Assembly (NCBI RefSeq): GCF_020745735.1
Contig: NC_083437.1
Location: forward strand, 44,255,955-44,319,954
DNA: 64,000 nt
Source of the DNA: Hemiscyllium ocellatum
Lineage: Eukaryota
Direction: 5' to 3'
In this document: piece after piece, positions 24,321 through 37,864 of the stretch
How positions within the stretch are numbered: position 1 is the stretch's first letter
How the letters are laid out: every line of letters begins with the position of its first letter
The notes under the pieces: generated by a model
Databases searched by the model: none
What the model saw: only the letters and a program-made list of their open reading frames with translations
What the model was told of the DNA's origin: nothing
Program-made: the position numbers and the translations under genes

Positions 24321-26599
24321 GAGCGAGAGAGAAAAAGCGAGAGAGCGGAAAAGCGAGAGCAGAAAAGCGACAGAGCGAGAGAAAAGGCGAGAGAGTGAGA
24401 GAGAAAAAGCGAGAGAGCGAGGGAGAAAAAGTGAGAGCGTGAAAAAGCGAGCGGGAGGAAAAAGCGAGAGACAGAAAAAGCGAGCGAAACAGAAGAAGCG
24501 AGCGAGAGAGAGAAAAAAAGCGAGAGAGCGAGAGAAAAAGCAAGCAAGAGCGAAAAAGGGAGAGTGAAAGCGAAGGAGAGACAGCGAGCAAGAGAGACAG
24601 AAAAAGCGAGCGAGAGCGAAAGAGTGAGAGCGAGAGAAAAAGAGCGAACGAGAGAGAAAGAGTGAGAGTGAGGGAAAAAGCGAGAGTAAGAGAGAAAAAG
24701 CAAGAGAGAGAGAGAGAATAAGCGAGCGAGAGATTCAGAAAAAGCGAGAGAGAGCCAAAAAGAAACAGCGAGAGAGAGAAAAAGCGAGCAAGAGAAAAAG
24801 CAAAAGAGAGAAAAGGGGAGCGAGAGAGAGGGAAAAAAAGCGAAAGAGAAAAGTAAGAGAGAAAGCGAGAACGAGAGAAAAAGCAAACAAGAGAGCGAAA
24901 AAGCAAGCGAAAGCAAAAAAGCAAGCGAGAGAGCGAGAGAGAAAGAGCGAAAGAATAAGTGAGAGCACGAAAAAGCGAGAGGGAGAGAGAAAAAGCGAGC
25001 GAGAAAAAGCGAGACAGAGCAAGAAAAAAAGCGAGCAAGAGAGACAGAAAAAGCGACCGAGAGAGAGAGAAAAAAAAGCGAACGAGAGAAAAAGCGAGCG
25101 AGAGAGAAAAAAAGCGAGCGAGAGAGACAAAAAGCGAGAGAAAAAGCGAGAGCGAAAAAGCGAGAGCGCGAAAAAAAAGCAAGAGAGACAGACAGAAAAA
25201 GCGAGCAAGAGAGCGCAAAAGCGAGAGAGAAAAAGCGAGTGCGAGAGAAAAAGCGAGCAAGAGAGAGACAGAAAAAGCGAGCGAGACAGATAAAGCGAGC
25301 GAGACAGAAAAAACGAGCGAGACAGAAAAAACGAGAGCGAAAAAGCGAGCGAGAGCAGGAGAAAAAGCGAACGAGAGAAAAAGCGAGAGAGCAGGAGAAA
25401 AAGCGAGGGATAAAGCCAGAGAGCGCAAAAGGGAGACAGAGCGTGAAAAAGCCAGCGAGACAGAAGAAGCGACCGAGAGAGAGAAAAAAAAGCGAGCGAG
25501 AGAAAAAGCGAGCGAGAGGGAGAAAAGGCGAGCGAGAGGGAGAAAAGGCGAGCGTGAGAGAGAGAGAGAAAAAGCGAGAGAGAAAATGTGAGTGAAAGAG
25601 CAAGAGAGAGAAAAAGTGAAAAAGAAAAAAAAAGTAAGAGAACAAAAGTGAGAGAGCACAAAAGCAAGAGAGCAAGAGAAAAAGCAAGAGCGAAAAAGCG
25701 AGAGAGCGAGAGAAAAAAATCGAGACAGAGTGCGATAAAGCGAGCGAGAGAAAAGGCGAACGAGAGAGAAAAGGCGAACGAGAGAGAAAAAGCGAGCGAG
25801 CGAGACAGAAGAAGCGAGCGAGAAAAAAAATGAGTGAGAGAGAAAAAGCGAGAGCGTGAGAAAGCGAGCGAGAGAACGAAAAAGCGAGCGAAAGAACGAA
25901 AAAGTGAGCAAGCGAGCGAGTGAAAAAGCGAGCGAGAGAAATCACGAGACAGAGCGAGCGAGAGCGAGAAAAGAGCGAGCGAGAAGAGCGAGCGTGAAAA
26001 GAGCGAGCGTGAAAAGAGCGACAAGACAGAAAAAGAGAGTGCGGAAAAGCGAGCAAGACAGACAGAAAAAGCGAGCGAGCGGAGAGAAAAAGCGAGTGTG
26101 AGAGAAAAAGCGAGCAAGGGGGAGAAATTGCGAGAGAGCACGAGACAGAAAAAGCGAGCAAGAGTGAAAAAGCGAGAGAGCAAAAGCGTGAGAGCAAGAA
26201 AATGCGAGACAGAGCCAGCGGAAAAGCGAGCGCGAGGGAGAAAAAGCGAGCGCGAGGGAGAAAAAGCGAGCAAGAGAGCTAGAAAAAGCGAGCAAGAGGG
26301 AGAAAAAGCGAGTGAGAGAGCTAGAAAAAGCGAGTGAGAGGGAGAAAAAGCGAGCGAGAGGGAGAGAAAAGGCGAGAGAGAGAAAAAGTGAGTGAAAAAG
26401 CAAGAGAGAGGAATAAAAAGCGAAAGAGAGAAAAAGTGAGAGAGAGAGAGAGAAAGCGAGAACGAGAGAAAAAGCGAGCAAGAGAGACAGGGAAAAAGAG
26501 AGAGTGAGAGCGACAAAGCGAGCGCGAGAGCGAAAAAGCGAGCGAGTGAGACAGAAAAAGCGAGCGAGACAGAAGAAGCGAGTGGGAGAAAAAGCGAGT

Positions 26600-26631
<32 letters not shown>

Positions 26632-27609
26632 GAAAACGAGGCGAGACAGAGCGAGAGAAAAAGTGAGAGCGAGAACGAAAAAGCGAGCGAGAGAACAAAA
26701 AAGTGAGCAAGCGAGCGAGAGAAATCGCAAGACAGAACGAGAGAAATCGCGAGCAAGAGAGCGAGAAAAAGCGAGTGAGAGAGCTAGAAAAAATGAGCGA
26801 GAGAGCTAGAAAAAGCAAGCGAGAGCGCTAGAAAAAGCGAGCAAGAGCGCTAGAAAAAGCGAGCGAGAGTGAAAAGAGCGAGAGCGAAAAGAGCAACAAA
26901 ACAGAAAAAGGGAGCGCGAAAAAGCGAGCAAGCCAGACAGAAAAAGCGAGCAAGAGAGAGAAAAAGCGAGCGAGGGGGAGGAAAAAGCGAGAGAGAGAGA
27001 GAAATAACGAGAAGAGAGAAATAGCGAGAGAAAGAGAGAAATAGCGAGAGCGTGCAAGACAGAAAAAGCGAGCAAGAGCGAGACAGAAAAAGCGAGCAAG
27101 AGAAAAAGTGAGCGAGAGACAGAAAAAGCGAGACAGAGCGAGCGAAAAAGCGAGCGAGAGAAAAAGCGAGCGAGAGAGACAGAAAAAGCGAACAGAAGGG
27201 AGAAAAAGCGAGCGGGAGGGAGAAAAGGCAAGCGAGAGAGAAAAAGTGAGTGAAAAAGCAAGAGAGAGGGAGAAAAAGCCAAAGAGAGAAAAAGTGAGAG
27301 AGAGACAGAGAGAGAGAAAGCGAGAACGAGAGAAAAAGCAAGAGAGACAGTGAAAGAGAGACAGTGAAAAAGTGACAGTAAGAGCGAAAAAGCGAGCGCG
27401 AAAGAGAAAAAGCGAGAGAGAAAAAGCGAACCAGAGAGAAAAAGAGAGAGAGTGCGAGACAGAAAGAGAGAGAGAGAGAAAGAGAGAAAAAGCGAACGAG
27501 AGAAAAAGCGAGCGAGAGAGAGAAAAAGCGAGAGAGAGAAAAAGAAACAGCGAGAGAGAAAAAAAACCAGAAAGAAAGGAGAGAAAAAGCGAGAGAGAGA
27601 AAAGGCGAG

Positions 27610-27750
27610 NNNNNNNNNNNNNNNNNNNNNNNNNNNNNNNNNNNNNNNNNNNNNNNNNNNNNNNNNNNNNNNNNNNNNNNNNNNNNNNNNNNNNNNNNNN
27701 NNNNNNNNNNNNNNNNNNNNNNNNNNNNNNNNNNNNNNNNNNNNNNNNNN
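27610..27750. other. Assembly gap (141 N)
   Basis: Seen directly. Confidence 0.99.
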
Positions 27751-28154
27751 AGAGAGAAAAAGCAAGCGAGAGAGAAAAAAAAGCAAGAGGGGAGAAAAAG
27801 CGAAAGAGAAAAAGTGAGAGAGAGAGAGAAAGCGAGAACGAGAGAAAAAGCAAGCAAGAGAGACAGTGAAAAAGTGACAGTGAGAGCGAAAAAGCGAGCG
27901 AGAGAGAAAAAGCGAGCGAGAGAGAGAAAAAGCGAGAGAGACAAAAAGAAATAGCGAGAGAGAAAAAAAGCTAGAGAGAAAGAGAGAAAAAGCAAGCGAG
28001 AGAAAAGGCGAGAGCGACAGAGAAAAGGCGAGAGAGAAAAGGCGAGAGAGAGAGAAATGGCGAGAGAGAGAGTGAGAGGAAAAACAAGCAAGAGAGAGAG
28101 AAAAAGCAAGAGAGAGAAAAAGCGAGAGAGAGAGAGAGAAAAAGCGAAAGAGAG

Positions 28155-28292
28155 AAATCGCGAGCCAGAGAGCGGGAGAGAAATCGCGAGCCAGAGAGCG
28201 AGAGAGAAATCGCGAGCCAGAGAGCGAGAGAGAAATCGCGAGCCAGAGAGCGAGAGAGAAATCGCGAGCCAGAGAGCGAGAGAAATCGCGAG
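28155..28292. repeat. 26-mer tandem (AAATCGCGAGCCAGAGAGCGAGAGAG)~5
   Basis: Seen: AAATCGCGAG at 28155, 28181, 28207, 28233, 28259 and 28283. Confidence 0.9.
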
Positions 28293-28900
28293 ACAGAGCG
28301 AGAGAAAAAGTGAGCGAGAGAGAAGAGCGACAAGACAGAAAAAGAGAGTGCGAAAAAGCGAGCAAGACAGACAGAAAAAGCGAGTGAGAGAAAAAGCGAG
28401 CGAGAGAGAAATAGTGAGAAAGCGCGAGACAGAAAAAGCGAGTGAGAGACAGAATAAGCGAGAGAGCAAAAGCGAGCCAGCGAGAGAAAAAAAGTGAGAG
28501 AGCGAGAAAAAGCGAGCAAGAGAGAGAAAAGGCAAGCGAGAGAAAAAGCAAGAGAGAGAGAGAAAGCGAGAACGAGAGAAAAAGCGAGCAAGAGAAACTG
28601 AAAAAGTGAGAGCGAAAAAGCGAGTGAGAGAGAGAAAAAGCGAGCGTGGAAGAGAAAAAGCGAGCGAGAGGGAGATAGAAAAAGCGAGAGAGACAGAAAA
28701 GTGAGAGAGAGAAAAAGCGAGAGAGCAGGAGAAAAAGCGAGCGAGAGTGAGACGAGCGAGAAAAGAGCGACAAGACAGAAAAAGAGCACGAGAAAGCGAA
28801 CACGACAGACAGAAAAAGCGAGTGAGCAAGAAAAAGCGAGCGAGAGAAAAAGCGAGAGAGAGAAATAGCGAGGAGAGAGAGAGAAATAGCGAGGAGAGAG

Positions 28901-29040
28901 ACAGAAAAAGCGAGCGACAGACAGAAAAAGCGAGCGACAGACAGAAAAAGCGAGCGACAGACAGAAAAAGCGAGCGACAGACAGAAAAAGCGAGCGACAG
29001 ACAGAAAAAGCGAGCGACAGACAGAAAAAGCGAGCGACAG
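28901..29040. repeat. Perfect minisatellite (ACAGAAAAAGCGAGCGACAG)7
   Basis: Seen: seven identical 20-mers. Confidence 0.93.
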
Positions 29041-29069
29041 ACAGAAAAAGCGAGCGAGGAAAAGCGAGC

Positions 29070-30682
29070 GTAAGAAAAAGCGAGACAGAGCGAGTGAAAA
29101 AGCGAGCGCGAAAGAGAAAAAGAGAGAGAAAAAGCGAACGAGAGAAAAAGCGAGAGGGAGAGAGAAAAAAAGCTAGCGAGGGGTAGAAAAAGTGAGAGAG
29201 AGAAAAATAGCAAGAGAGAAAGAAATAGCTAGAAAGCGCGAGACAGAAAAAGCGAGCAAGAGCGAGACAGAAAAAGCGAGCGAGAGAAAAAGCGAGCAAG
29301 GGGGAGAAAAAGCGAGAGAGAGAGAGAGAGAGAGAAATAGCGAGAAGAGAGAAATAGCGAGAGCGCGAGACAAAAAGCGAGCAAGCGCGAGACAGAAAAA
29401 GCGAGCGAGCAAAAGCGAGTGTAAGAAAAAGCGAGACAGAGCGAGCGAAAAAGTGAGCGCGAAAGAGAAAAGAGAGAAAAAGCGAACGAGAGAGAAAAAG
29501 AGAGAAAGAGAGAAAAAGCGAACGAGAGAAAAAGTGAGCGAGAGAGAAAAAAAGCTTGCGAGTGGGAGAAAAAGCGAGAGAGAAAAATAGCGAGAAGAGA
29601 AAAATAGCAAGAGAGAGAAATAGCGAGAAAGCGTGAGACAGAAAAAGTGAGCGAGAGAAAAAGCGAGAGAGCGAGAAAAAGCGAGGGCGAGACAGGAAAA
29701 GCGAGGGCGAGACAGAAAGCAAGAGAGAGAGGGAGAAAAAGCAAGGGAGACCGACAGAAAAAGCAAGTGAGAGAGGGAGAGAAAAAGCAAGAGAAAGGGA
29801 GAAAAAGCAAATGAGAGAAAAAGTGAGAGAGAGAGAAAAAGCGAGAGAGGGGGAGAGCAAAAGCAAGTGAGAGAAAAAGCGAGTGAGGAAGAGGGAAAAA
29901 GTGAGCGAGAGAGAAATAGCAAGACAGAGTGAAAGAAAAAGCGAGCAAGAGCGAAAAAGCAAGCGAGAGAAAAGGCAAGAGAGAGAGAGAGAGAGGGGGA
30001 GAGAAAAAGCGAGTGAAAAAGCGAAAGTGAGCAAAAATTAAGAGAGAGACAGACAGACAAAGAGAGAGAGAAAAAGCGCGCGAGAGAGAAAAAGCGAGAG
30101 AGAGAGAAAAAGCGAGCTGGAGAGAAAAAACGAGCTGGAGAGAAAAAACGAGCTGGAGAGAAAAAACGAGCGAGCGGGGGAGAGAAAAAGCAAGAGAGAG
30201 AGAGAGAAAAAGCGAGAGAGAACAAAGGCGAGAGTGACAGCAAAAGACAGCATAACAGAAAAAGAGAGCGCGAAAAAGCAAGTGAGACAGACACAAAAAG
30301 CGAGACTGAAAAAGCAAGCGAACAAAAAAACAAGCGAGAGAGACCGACAAAAAAGCAAGCGCGAGAGAGAAATCGCGAGACAGAGCGAGAGAAAAAGCAA
30401 GCGAGAGAGAAAAGAGAGAGAGAGAAAAGAGCGACAAGACAGAAAAAGCGAGCGAGTGAGAAAAAGTGAGCGAGGGGGAGAAAAAGCGAGAGAGAGAGAA
30501 ATAGCGCGAAGAGAGAAATAGCAAGAGAGAGAGAACTAGCGAGCAAGAGCGAGAGAGAAAAAGCGAGCTAGAGACAGAAAAAGTGAGAGACCAAAAGCGA
30601 CCGAGCGAGCGAGAGAAAAGGCGAGCAAGAGGGAGAAAAAGTGAGTGAAAAAGCAAGAGAGGAAGCGAAAGAGAGAAAAAGT

Positions 30683-30714
<32 letters not shown>

Positions 30715-33700
30715 GAACAAGAGAAAAAGCGAGCAAGAGAAACAGTGAAAAAGTGAGAGCGAAAAAGTGAGCGCGAAAAAGCGAGCGAGAGAGAGAAAAA
30801 GTGAGCGCGAAAGAGAAAAAGCGAGCGAGAGGGAGATAGAAAAAGCGAGAGAGACAGAAAAAGCGAGAGAGAGCAAAAGCAAGAGAGCACAAAAGCTAGA
30901 GAGCGAGAGAAAAAGCGAGCGAGAGCGAAAAAGCGAGCGAGCGAGAGCGAAAAAGCGAGGAGAAAAAGCGAGCGAGAGAAACAGCGAGCGCGAGAGAGAA
31001 AGTGAGTGAGAGAAATCGCGAGTGAGAGCGAGAGAAAGCGAGCGAGAGCGTGAGACGAGCGAGAAAAGAGCGACAAGACAGAAAAAGAGCGCGAAAAAGC
31101 GAGCAAGACAGAAAAAGCGAGCGAGTGAGAAAAAGTGAGCGAGGGGGAGAAAAAGCGAGCGAGAGAGAAATAGCGAGAAGAGAGAAATAGCAAGAGAGAG
31201 AAATAGCAAGCAAGAGCGAGAGAGAAAAAGCGAGCGAGACACAGAAAAAGCGAGAGAGCAAAAGCGAGCGAGCGAGAGAAAAGGCGAGCAAGAGGGAGAA
31301 AAAGTGAGTGAAAAAGCAAGAGAGGGAGAAAAAGCGAAAGAGAGAAAAAGTGAGAGAGAGAGAGAGAGAGAAAGCGAGAACAAGAGAAAAAGCGAGCAAG
31401 AGAAACAGTGAAAAAGTGAGAGCGAAAAAGCGAGCACGAAAAAGCGAGCGAGAGAGTGAGACGAGCGAGAAAAGAGCGAGCGAGAAAAGAGCGAGCGAGA
31501 AAAGAGCGACAAGACAGAAAAAGAGCACGAAAAAGCGAGCACGACAGACAGAAAAAGCGAGTGAGCAAGAAAAAGCGAGCGAGAGAAATAGCGAGGAGAG
31601 AGAGAAATAGCGAGGAGAGAGAGAAATAGCGAGAGCGCGAGACAGAAAAAGCGAGCGAGAGACAGAAAAAGCGAGCGAGGAAAAGCGAGCGTAAGAAAAA
31701 GCGAGACAGAGCGAGTGAAAAAGCGAGCACGAAAGAGAAAAAGAGAGAGAAAAAGCGAACGAGAGAAAAAGCGAGAGGGAGAGAGAAAAAAAGCTAGCGA
31801 GGGGTAGAAAAAGCGAGAGAGAGAAAAATAGCGAGAGAGAAAGAAATAGCTAGAAAGCGCGAGACAGAAAAAGCGAGCAAGAGCGAGACAGAAAAAGCGA
31901 GCAAGAGAAAAGAGCGAGCGAGAGAAAAGAGCGACAAGACAGAAAAAGAGAGCAAGAAAAAGCGAGCAAGACAGACAGAAAAAGCAAGCGAGCGAGAAAA
32001 AGCGAGCGAGAGAAAAAGCGAGCAATGGGGAGAAAAAGCGAGAGAGAGAGAAATAGCGAGAAGAGAGAAATAGCGAGAGCACGAGACAAAAAGCGAGCAA
32101 GCGCGAGACAGAAAAAGCGAGCGAGCAAAAGCGAGAGTAAGAAAAAGCGAGACAGAGCAAGCGAAAAAGCGAGCGCGAAAGAGAAAAAGAGAGAGAAAAA
32201 GCGAACGAGAGAGAAAAAGAGAGAGAAAGAGAGAAAAAGCGAACGAGAGAAAAAGTGAGCGAGAGGAAAAAAAGCTTGCGAGTGGGAGAAAAAGCGAGAG
32301 AGAAAAATAGCGAGAAGAGAAAAATAGCAAGAGAGAGAAATAGCGAGAAAGCGCGAGACAGAAAAAGCGAGCGAGAAAAAGCGAGGGCGAGACAGGAAAA
32401 GTGAGGGCGAGACAGAAAGCAAGAGAGAGAGGGAGAAAAAGCAAGGGAGACCGACAGAAAAAGCAAGTGAGAGAGGGAGAGAAAAAGCGAATGAGAGAAA
32501 AAGTGAGAGAGAGAGAAAAAGCGAGAGAGAGGGAGAGCAAAAGCAAGTGAGAGAAAAAGCGAGTGAGGAAGAGGGAAAAAGTGAGCGAGAGAGAAATAGC
32601 AAGACAGAGTGAAAGAAAAAGCGAGCAAGAGCGAAAAAGCAAGCGAGAGAAAAGGCGAGCGCGAGAGAGAAAAGGCGAGAGAGAGAGAGAAAAGGCGAGA
32701 GAGAGAGAGAGAGAGAGAGGGAGAGAAAAAGCGAGTGAAAAAGCGAAAGTGAGCAAAAATTAAGAGAGAGACAGCCAGACAAAGAGAGAGAGAAAAAGCG
32801 AGCTGGAGAGAAAAAACGAGCTGGAGAGAAAAAACGAGCTGGAGAGAAAAAAACGAGCTGGAGAGAAAAAACGAGCGAGCGGGAGAGAGAAAAAGCAAGA
32901 GAGAGAAAAAGCGAGAGAGAGAGAAAAAGCGAGAGTGACAGCAAAAGACAGCATAACAGAAAAAGAGAGCGCGAAAAAGCAAGTGAGACAGACACAAAAA
33001 GCGAGACTGAAAAAGCAAGCGAACGAAAAAACAAGCGAGAGAGACCGACAAAAAAGCAAGCGCGAGAGAGAAATCGCGAGACAGAGCGAGAGAAAAAGCA
33101 AGCGAGAGAGAAAAGAGAGAGAGAGAAAAGAGCGACAAGACAGAAAAAGCGAGCGAGTGAGAAAAAGTGAGAGACAGAGAAATAGCGCGAAGAGAGAACT
33201 AGCAAGAGAGAGAGAACTAGCGAGCAAGAGCGAGAGAGAAAAAGCGAGCGAGAGACAGAAAAAGTGAGAGACCAAAAGCGAGCGAGCGAGAGAAAAGGCG
33301 AGCAAGAGGGAGAAAAAGTGAGTGAAAAAGCAAGAGAGGGAGAAAAAGCGAAAGAGAGAAAAAGTGAGAGAGAGAGAGAGAGAAAGCAAGAACAAGTGAA
33401 AAAGCGAGCAAGAGAAACAGTGAAAAAGTGAGAGCGAAAAAGCGAGCGAGAGAGAGAAAAAGTGAGCGAGAGGGAGATAGAAAAAGCGAGGGAGACAGAA
33501 AAAGCGAGAGAGACAGAAAAAGCGAGAGAGACAGAAAAAGCGAGAGAGCAAAAGCAAGAGAGCACAAAAGCTAGAGAGCGAGAGAAAAAGCGAGCGAGAG
33601 CGAAAAAGCGAGCGAGCGAGAGCGAAAAAGCGAGCGAGCGAGAGCGAAAAAGCGAGGAGAAAAAGCGAGCGAGAGAAACAGCGAGCGCGAGAGAGAAAGT

Positions 33701-34020
33701 GAGTGAGAGAAATCGCGAGTGAGAGCGAGAGAAAGCGAGCGAGAGCGTGAGACAGAGCGAGAAAAGAGCGACAAGACAGAAAAAGAGCGCGAAAAAGCGA
33801 GCAAGACAGAAAAAGCGAGCGAGTGAGAAAAAGTGAGCGAGGGGGAGAAAAAGCGAGAGAGAGAGAAATAGCGAGAAGAGAGAAATAGCAAGAGAGAGAG
33901 AAATAGCGAGCAAGAGCGAGAGAGAAAAAGCGAGCGAGAGACAGAAAAAGCGAGAGAACAAAAGCGAGCGAGCAAGAGAAAAGGCGAGCAAGAGGGAGAA
34001 AAAGTGAGTGAAAAAGCAAG
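29070..34020. repeat. ~2.7 kb tandem duplication in diverged satellite
   Basis: Seen: paired markers AAAGCTTGCG 29551/32271, AAAATTAAGAG ~30034/32756, GAGCTGGAGAG ~30114/32800, CAGCATAACAG ~30248/32949 and AAAGCTAGAG ~30892/33567. Confidence 0.82.
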
Positions 34021-34048
34021 AGAGGGAGAAAAAGCGAAAGAGAGAAAA

Positions 34049-34051
<3 letters not shown>

Positions 34052-34087
<36 letters not shown>
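34052..34087. repeat. (GA)18 microsatellite
   Basis: Seen directly; another example is (GA)15 at 1571-1600. Confidence 0.9.
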
Positions 34088-34093
<6 letters not shown>

Positions 34094-34739
34094 GAACAAG
34101 AGAAAAAGCGAGCAAGAGAAACAGTGAAAAAGTGAGAGCGAAGAAGTGAGAGCGAAAAAGCGAGCGAGAGAGAGAAAAAGTGAGCGCGAAAGAGAAAAAG
34201 CGAGAGAGACAGAAAAAGCGAGAGAGACAGAAAAAGCGAGAGAGACAGAAAAAGCGAGAGAGACAGAAAAAGCGAGAGAGAGCAAAAGCAAGAGAGCACA
34301 AAAGCTAGAGAGCGAGAGAAAAAGCGAGCAAGAGCGAAAAAGCGAGCGATCGAGAGCGAAAAAGCGAGGAGAAAAAGCGAGCGAGAGAAACAGCAAGCGC
34401 GAGAGAGAAAGTGAGTGAGAGAAATCGCGAGTGAGAGCGAGAGAAAGCGAGCGAGAGCGCGAGACGAGCGAGAAAAGAGCGAGCGAGAAAAGAGCGACAA
34501 GACAGAAAAAGAGCGCGAAAAAGCGAGCACGACAGACAGAAAAAGCGAGCGAGCGAGAAAAAGCGAGAAGAAGAAATAGCAACGAGAGAAATAATGAGAG
34601 CACGAGACAGAAAAAGCGAGTGAGAAAAAGCAAGCGTAAGAAAAAGCGAGACAGAGCGAGCGAGAAAAAGCAAACGAGAGAGAAAAAGAGAGAGCGCGCG
34701 AGAGAGAAAGAGAGAAAAAGCGAATGAGAGAAAAAGCCA

Positions 34740-34889
34740 NNNNNNNNNNNNNNNNNNNNNNNNNNNNNNNNNNNNNNNNNNNNNNNNNNNNNNNNNNNNN
34801 NNNNNNNNNNNNNNNNNNNNNNNNNNNNNNNNNNNNNNNNNNNNNNNNNNNNNNNNNNNNNNNNNNNNNNNNNNNNNNNNNNNNNNNNN
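34740..34889. other. Assembly gap (150 N)
   Basis: Seen directly. Confidence 0.99.
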
Positions 34890-34900
34890 GAGAGAAAAAG

Positions 34901-35119
34901 CGGGCGAGAGCGACAGAGAACAGGCGAGAGCGACAGAGAACAGGCGAGAGCGACAGAGAACAGGCGAGAGCGACAGAGAACAGGCGAGAGCGACAGAGAA
35001 CAGGCGAGAGCGACAGAGAACAGGCGAGAGCGACAGAGAACAGGCGAGAGCGACAGAGAACAGGCGAGAGCGACAGAGAACAGGCGAGAGCGACAGAGAA
35101 CAGGCGAGAGCGACAGAGA
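34901..35119. repeat. Minisatellite (CAGGCGAGAGCGACAGAGAA)~11
   Basis: Seen: 9 perfect internal 20-mers plus two edge variants, next to an N gap. Confidence 0.95.
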
Positions 35120-36705
35120 GAGAAAGGCGAGAGAGAGAGAAAAAAAGCAAGGGGGGGAGAAAGAGCGAAAGAGAGAAAAAGCGAGCAAGATAGAGAAATC
35201 GCGAGACAGAGCGAGAGAAATCGCGAGACAGAGTGAGAGAGAAAAGAGCGAGAGAGAAAAGAGCGACAAGACAGAAAAAGAGAGCGCGAAAAGCAAGCAA
35301 GACAGACAGAAAAAGCGAGCGAGCGAGAAAAAGGGAGCGAGCAAGAAAAAGCGAGCGAGAGAGAAAAAAAGCTAGCGAGCGAGAGAAAAAGCGAGAAAAA
35401 AATAGCAAGAGAAAAATAGCGAGAAAGTGTGAGACAGAAAAAGCGAGCAAGAGAAAAAGCGAGAGAGCGAGAAAAAGCGAGCAAGACAGAAAAAGCGAGG
35501 GAGAGACAGAAAAAGCGAGCAAGAAAAAGCGAGCGAAAAAGCAAGAGAGAGGGAGCAAAAGCGAAAGAGAGAGAAAGCGAGAACGAGAGAGAAAGCGAGA
35601 ACGAGAGAGAAAGCGAGAACGAGAGAGAAAGCGAGAACGAGAGACAATGAAAAAGTGAGAGTGAGAGCGAAAAAGCGAGCGAGCGGGAGAAAAAGCGAGC
35701 GAGAGGGAGAAAAAGCGAGCAAGCAGAAGAAAAAGCGAGAGAGGTGAAAAGCGAGAGAGGTGTAAAGCGAGAGAAAAAGCGAGAGAGCGAGAAAAAGCGA
35801 GAGAGCGAGAAAAAGCGAGCAAGACAGAAAAAGCGAGGGAGAGACAGAAAAAGCGAGCAAGAAAAAGCGAGCGAAAAAGCAAGAGAGAGGGAGCAAAAGC
35901 GAGAGAGAGAGAAAAGCGAGCGCGAGAGAAAAGGCGAGCGGGAGAAAAAGCGAGCGAGAGGGAGAAAAAGCGAGCAAGCAGAAGAAAAAGCGAGAGAGGT
36001 GTAAAGCGAGAGAAAAAGCGAGAGAGCGAGAAAAAGCGAGAGAGCGAGAAAAAGCGAGAGAGCGAGAAAAAGCGAGAGAGCGAGACAGACAGAAAAAGCG
36101 AGCGAGATAGAGAGAGAGTGAAAAAAAGCGAGCGAGAGAGAGAGAAAAGCGAGCGCGAGAGAAAAGGCGAGCGGGAGAAAGAGAGAGAGAGAGAGGGGAA
36201 AGGCAAGCGAGAGAGAGAGAAAAAGCGAGCTCGAGAGAGAAAAGGCGAGAGAAAGAGAGAGAAAAGGCGAGCGGGAGAGAGAGAGAAAGCGAGTGAAAAA
36301 GCAAGAGAGAGTGAGAAAATGCGAGCAAGAAAAAGCGAGCGAGAGAGACAGAAAAAAAGAGCGAGACAGAAGAAGCGAGCATGAGAGAAAAAAAACGAGC
36401 GAGAGAGAAAGCGAGAAAGTGAGGCGAGACAGCGAGAGAAAAAGCGAGAACGAAAAACGACAGAGAACGAAAAAGTGAGCAAGCAAGCGAGAGAAAAAGC
36501 GAGCGAGAGAAAGTGAGCAAGAGATATCGCGAGACAGAGCGAGAGAAAAAGCGAGCGCGAGAGGAAAAGCGAGCGCGAGAGGAAAAGCGAGTGCGAGAGG
36601 AAAAGCGAGCGCGAGAGAATAAAAGCGAGAGAGCAAAAACGAGAGACAAAAAGAAACAGCGAGAGAGATAAAGCGAGCGAGAGAAAATGCGAACGAGAGA
36701 GAAAA

Positions 36706-36742
<37 letters not shown>

Positions 36743-37833
36743 AAGAGAGAGAGAAAGAGAGAAAGGCGAGCGTGAGAGAAAAGGTGAAAGAGAGAGAGAA
36801 AAAGCAAGCGAGACAGACAGAAAAAGCGAGCGAGAGAGAGAAAAAGCGAAAGAGAGAGAGAGAAAGCGAGAACGAGAGAAAAAGCAAGCAAGAGAGAGCG
36901 AAAAAGAGAGTGAGAGAGAAAAAGCGAGAGAGAGAGAAAAAGCGAGCGACAGAGAGAGAAAAAGCGAGCGACAGAGAGAGAAAAAGCGAGCGACAGAGAG
37001 AGAAAAAGCGAGCGAGAGAGAGAGAAAAAGCGAGCGAGAGAGGGAAAAAGTGAGCACGAGAGAAATAGCTAGCAAGAGAGACAGAAAAAGCGAGTGAGAG
37101 CGAAAAAGCAAGCGAGAGAAAAAGCGAGCGAGAGAAAAAGTGAGAAAGAGAGAAAAAGTGAGAAAGAGAGAAAAAGCGAGCGCGAGAGAGAAAAAGCAAG
37201 AGGAAGGGAGAAAAAGCGAGAGAGAGAAAAAGAGAGAGAGAAAGCGAGAACGAGAGAAAAAGCGAGACCGAGAGGGAAAAAGCAAGCGTGAGGGGGAAAA
37301 AGCGAGCACGAGAGGGAAAAAGTGAGAGAGCAAAAACGAGTGTCAAAAAGAAACAGCGAAAGAGAGATAAAGCGAGCGAGAGAAAATGCGAATGAGAGAA
37401 AAAGCAAGAGAGCGAGAGAAAAAGTGAGAGAGAATGAGAGAAAAAGCGAAAGAGAAGAGAAAAAGCGAGCGAGAGAAAAAGTGAGCGCGAGAGAGGAAGC
37501 AAGAGAGAGAGAGGAGAGAGAGAGAGAGAGAAAGCAAGGGAGACAGACAGAAAAAGCGAGCGAGAGAAAAAGTGAGAGAGCGAGAGAGAAAAAAGTGAGA
37601 GAGAGAGAGAAAAAGCGAGCGAGAGAGAGAAAAAGCGAGCGAGAGAGAGAGCAAAAGCAAGCGAGAGAAAAAGCGAGCGAGGGAGAAATAGCGAGACAGA
37701 GTGAGAGACAAAGCGAGCAAGAGAGAGAGAAAAGGCGAGCGCGAGAGAGAAAAGGCGAGCGCGAGAGAGAAAAGGCGAGCGCGAGAGAGAAAAGGCGAGC
37801 GCGAGAGAGAAAAGGCGAGCGCGAGAGAGAGAA

Positions 37834-37864
<31 letters not shown>

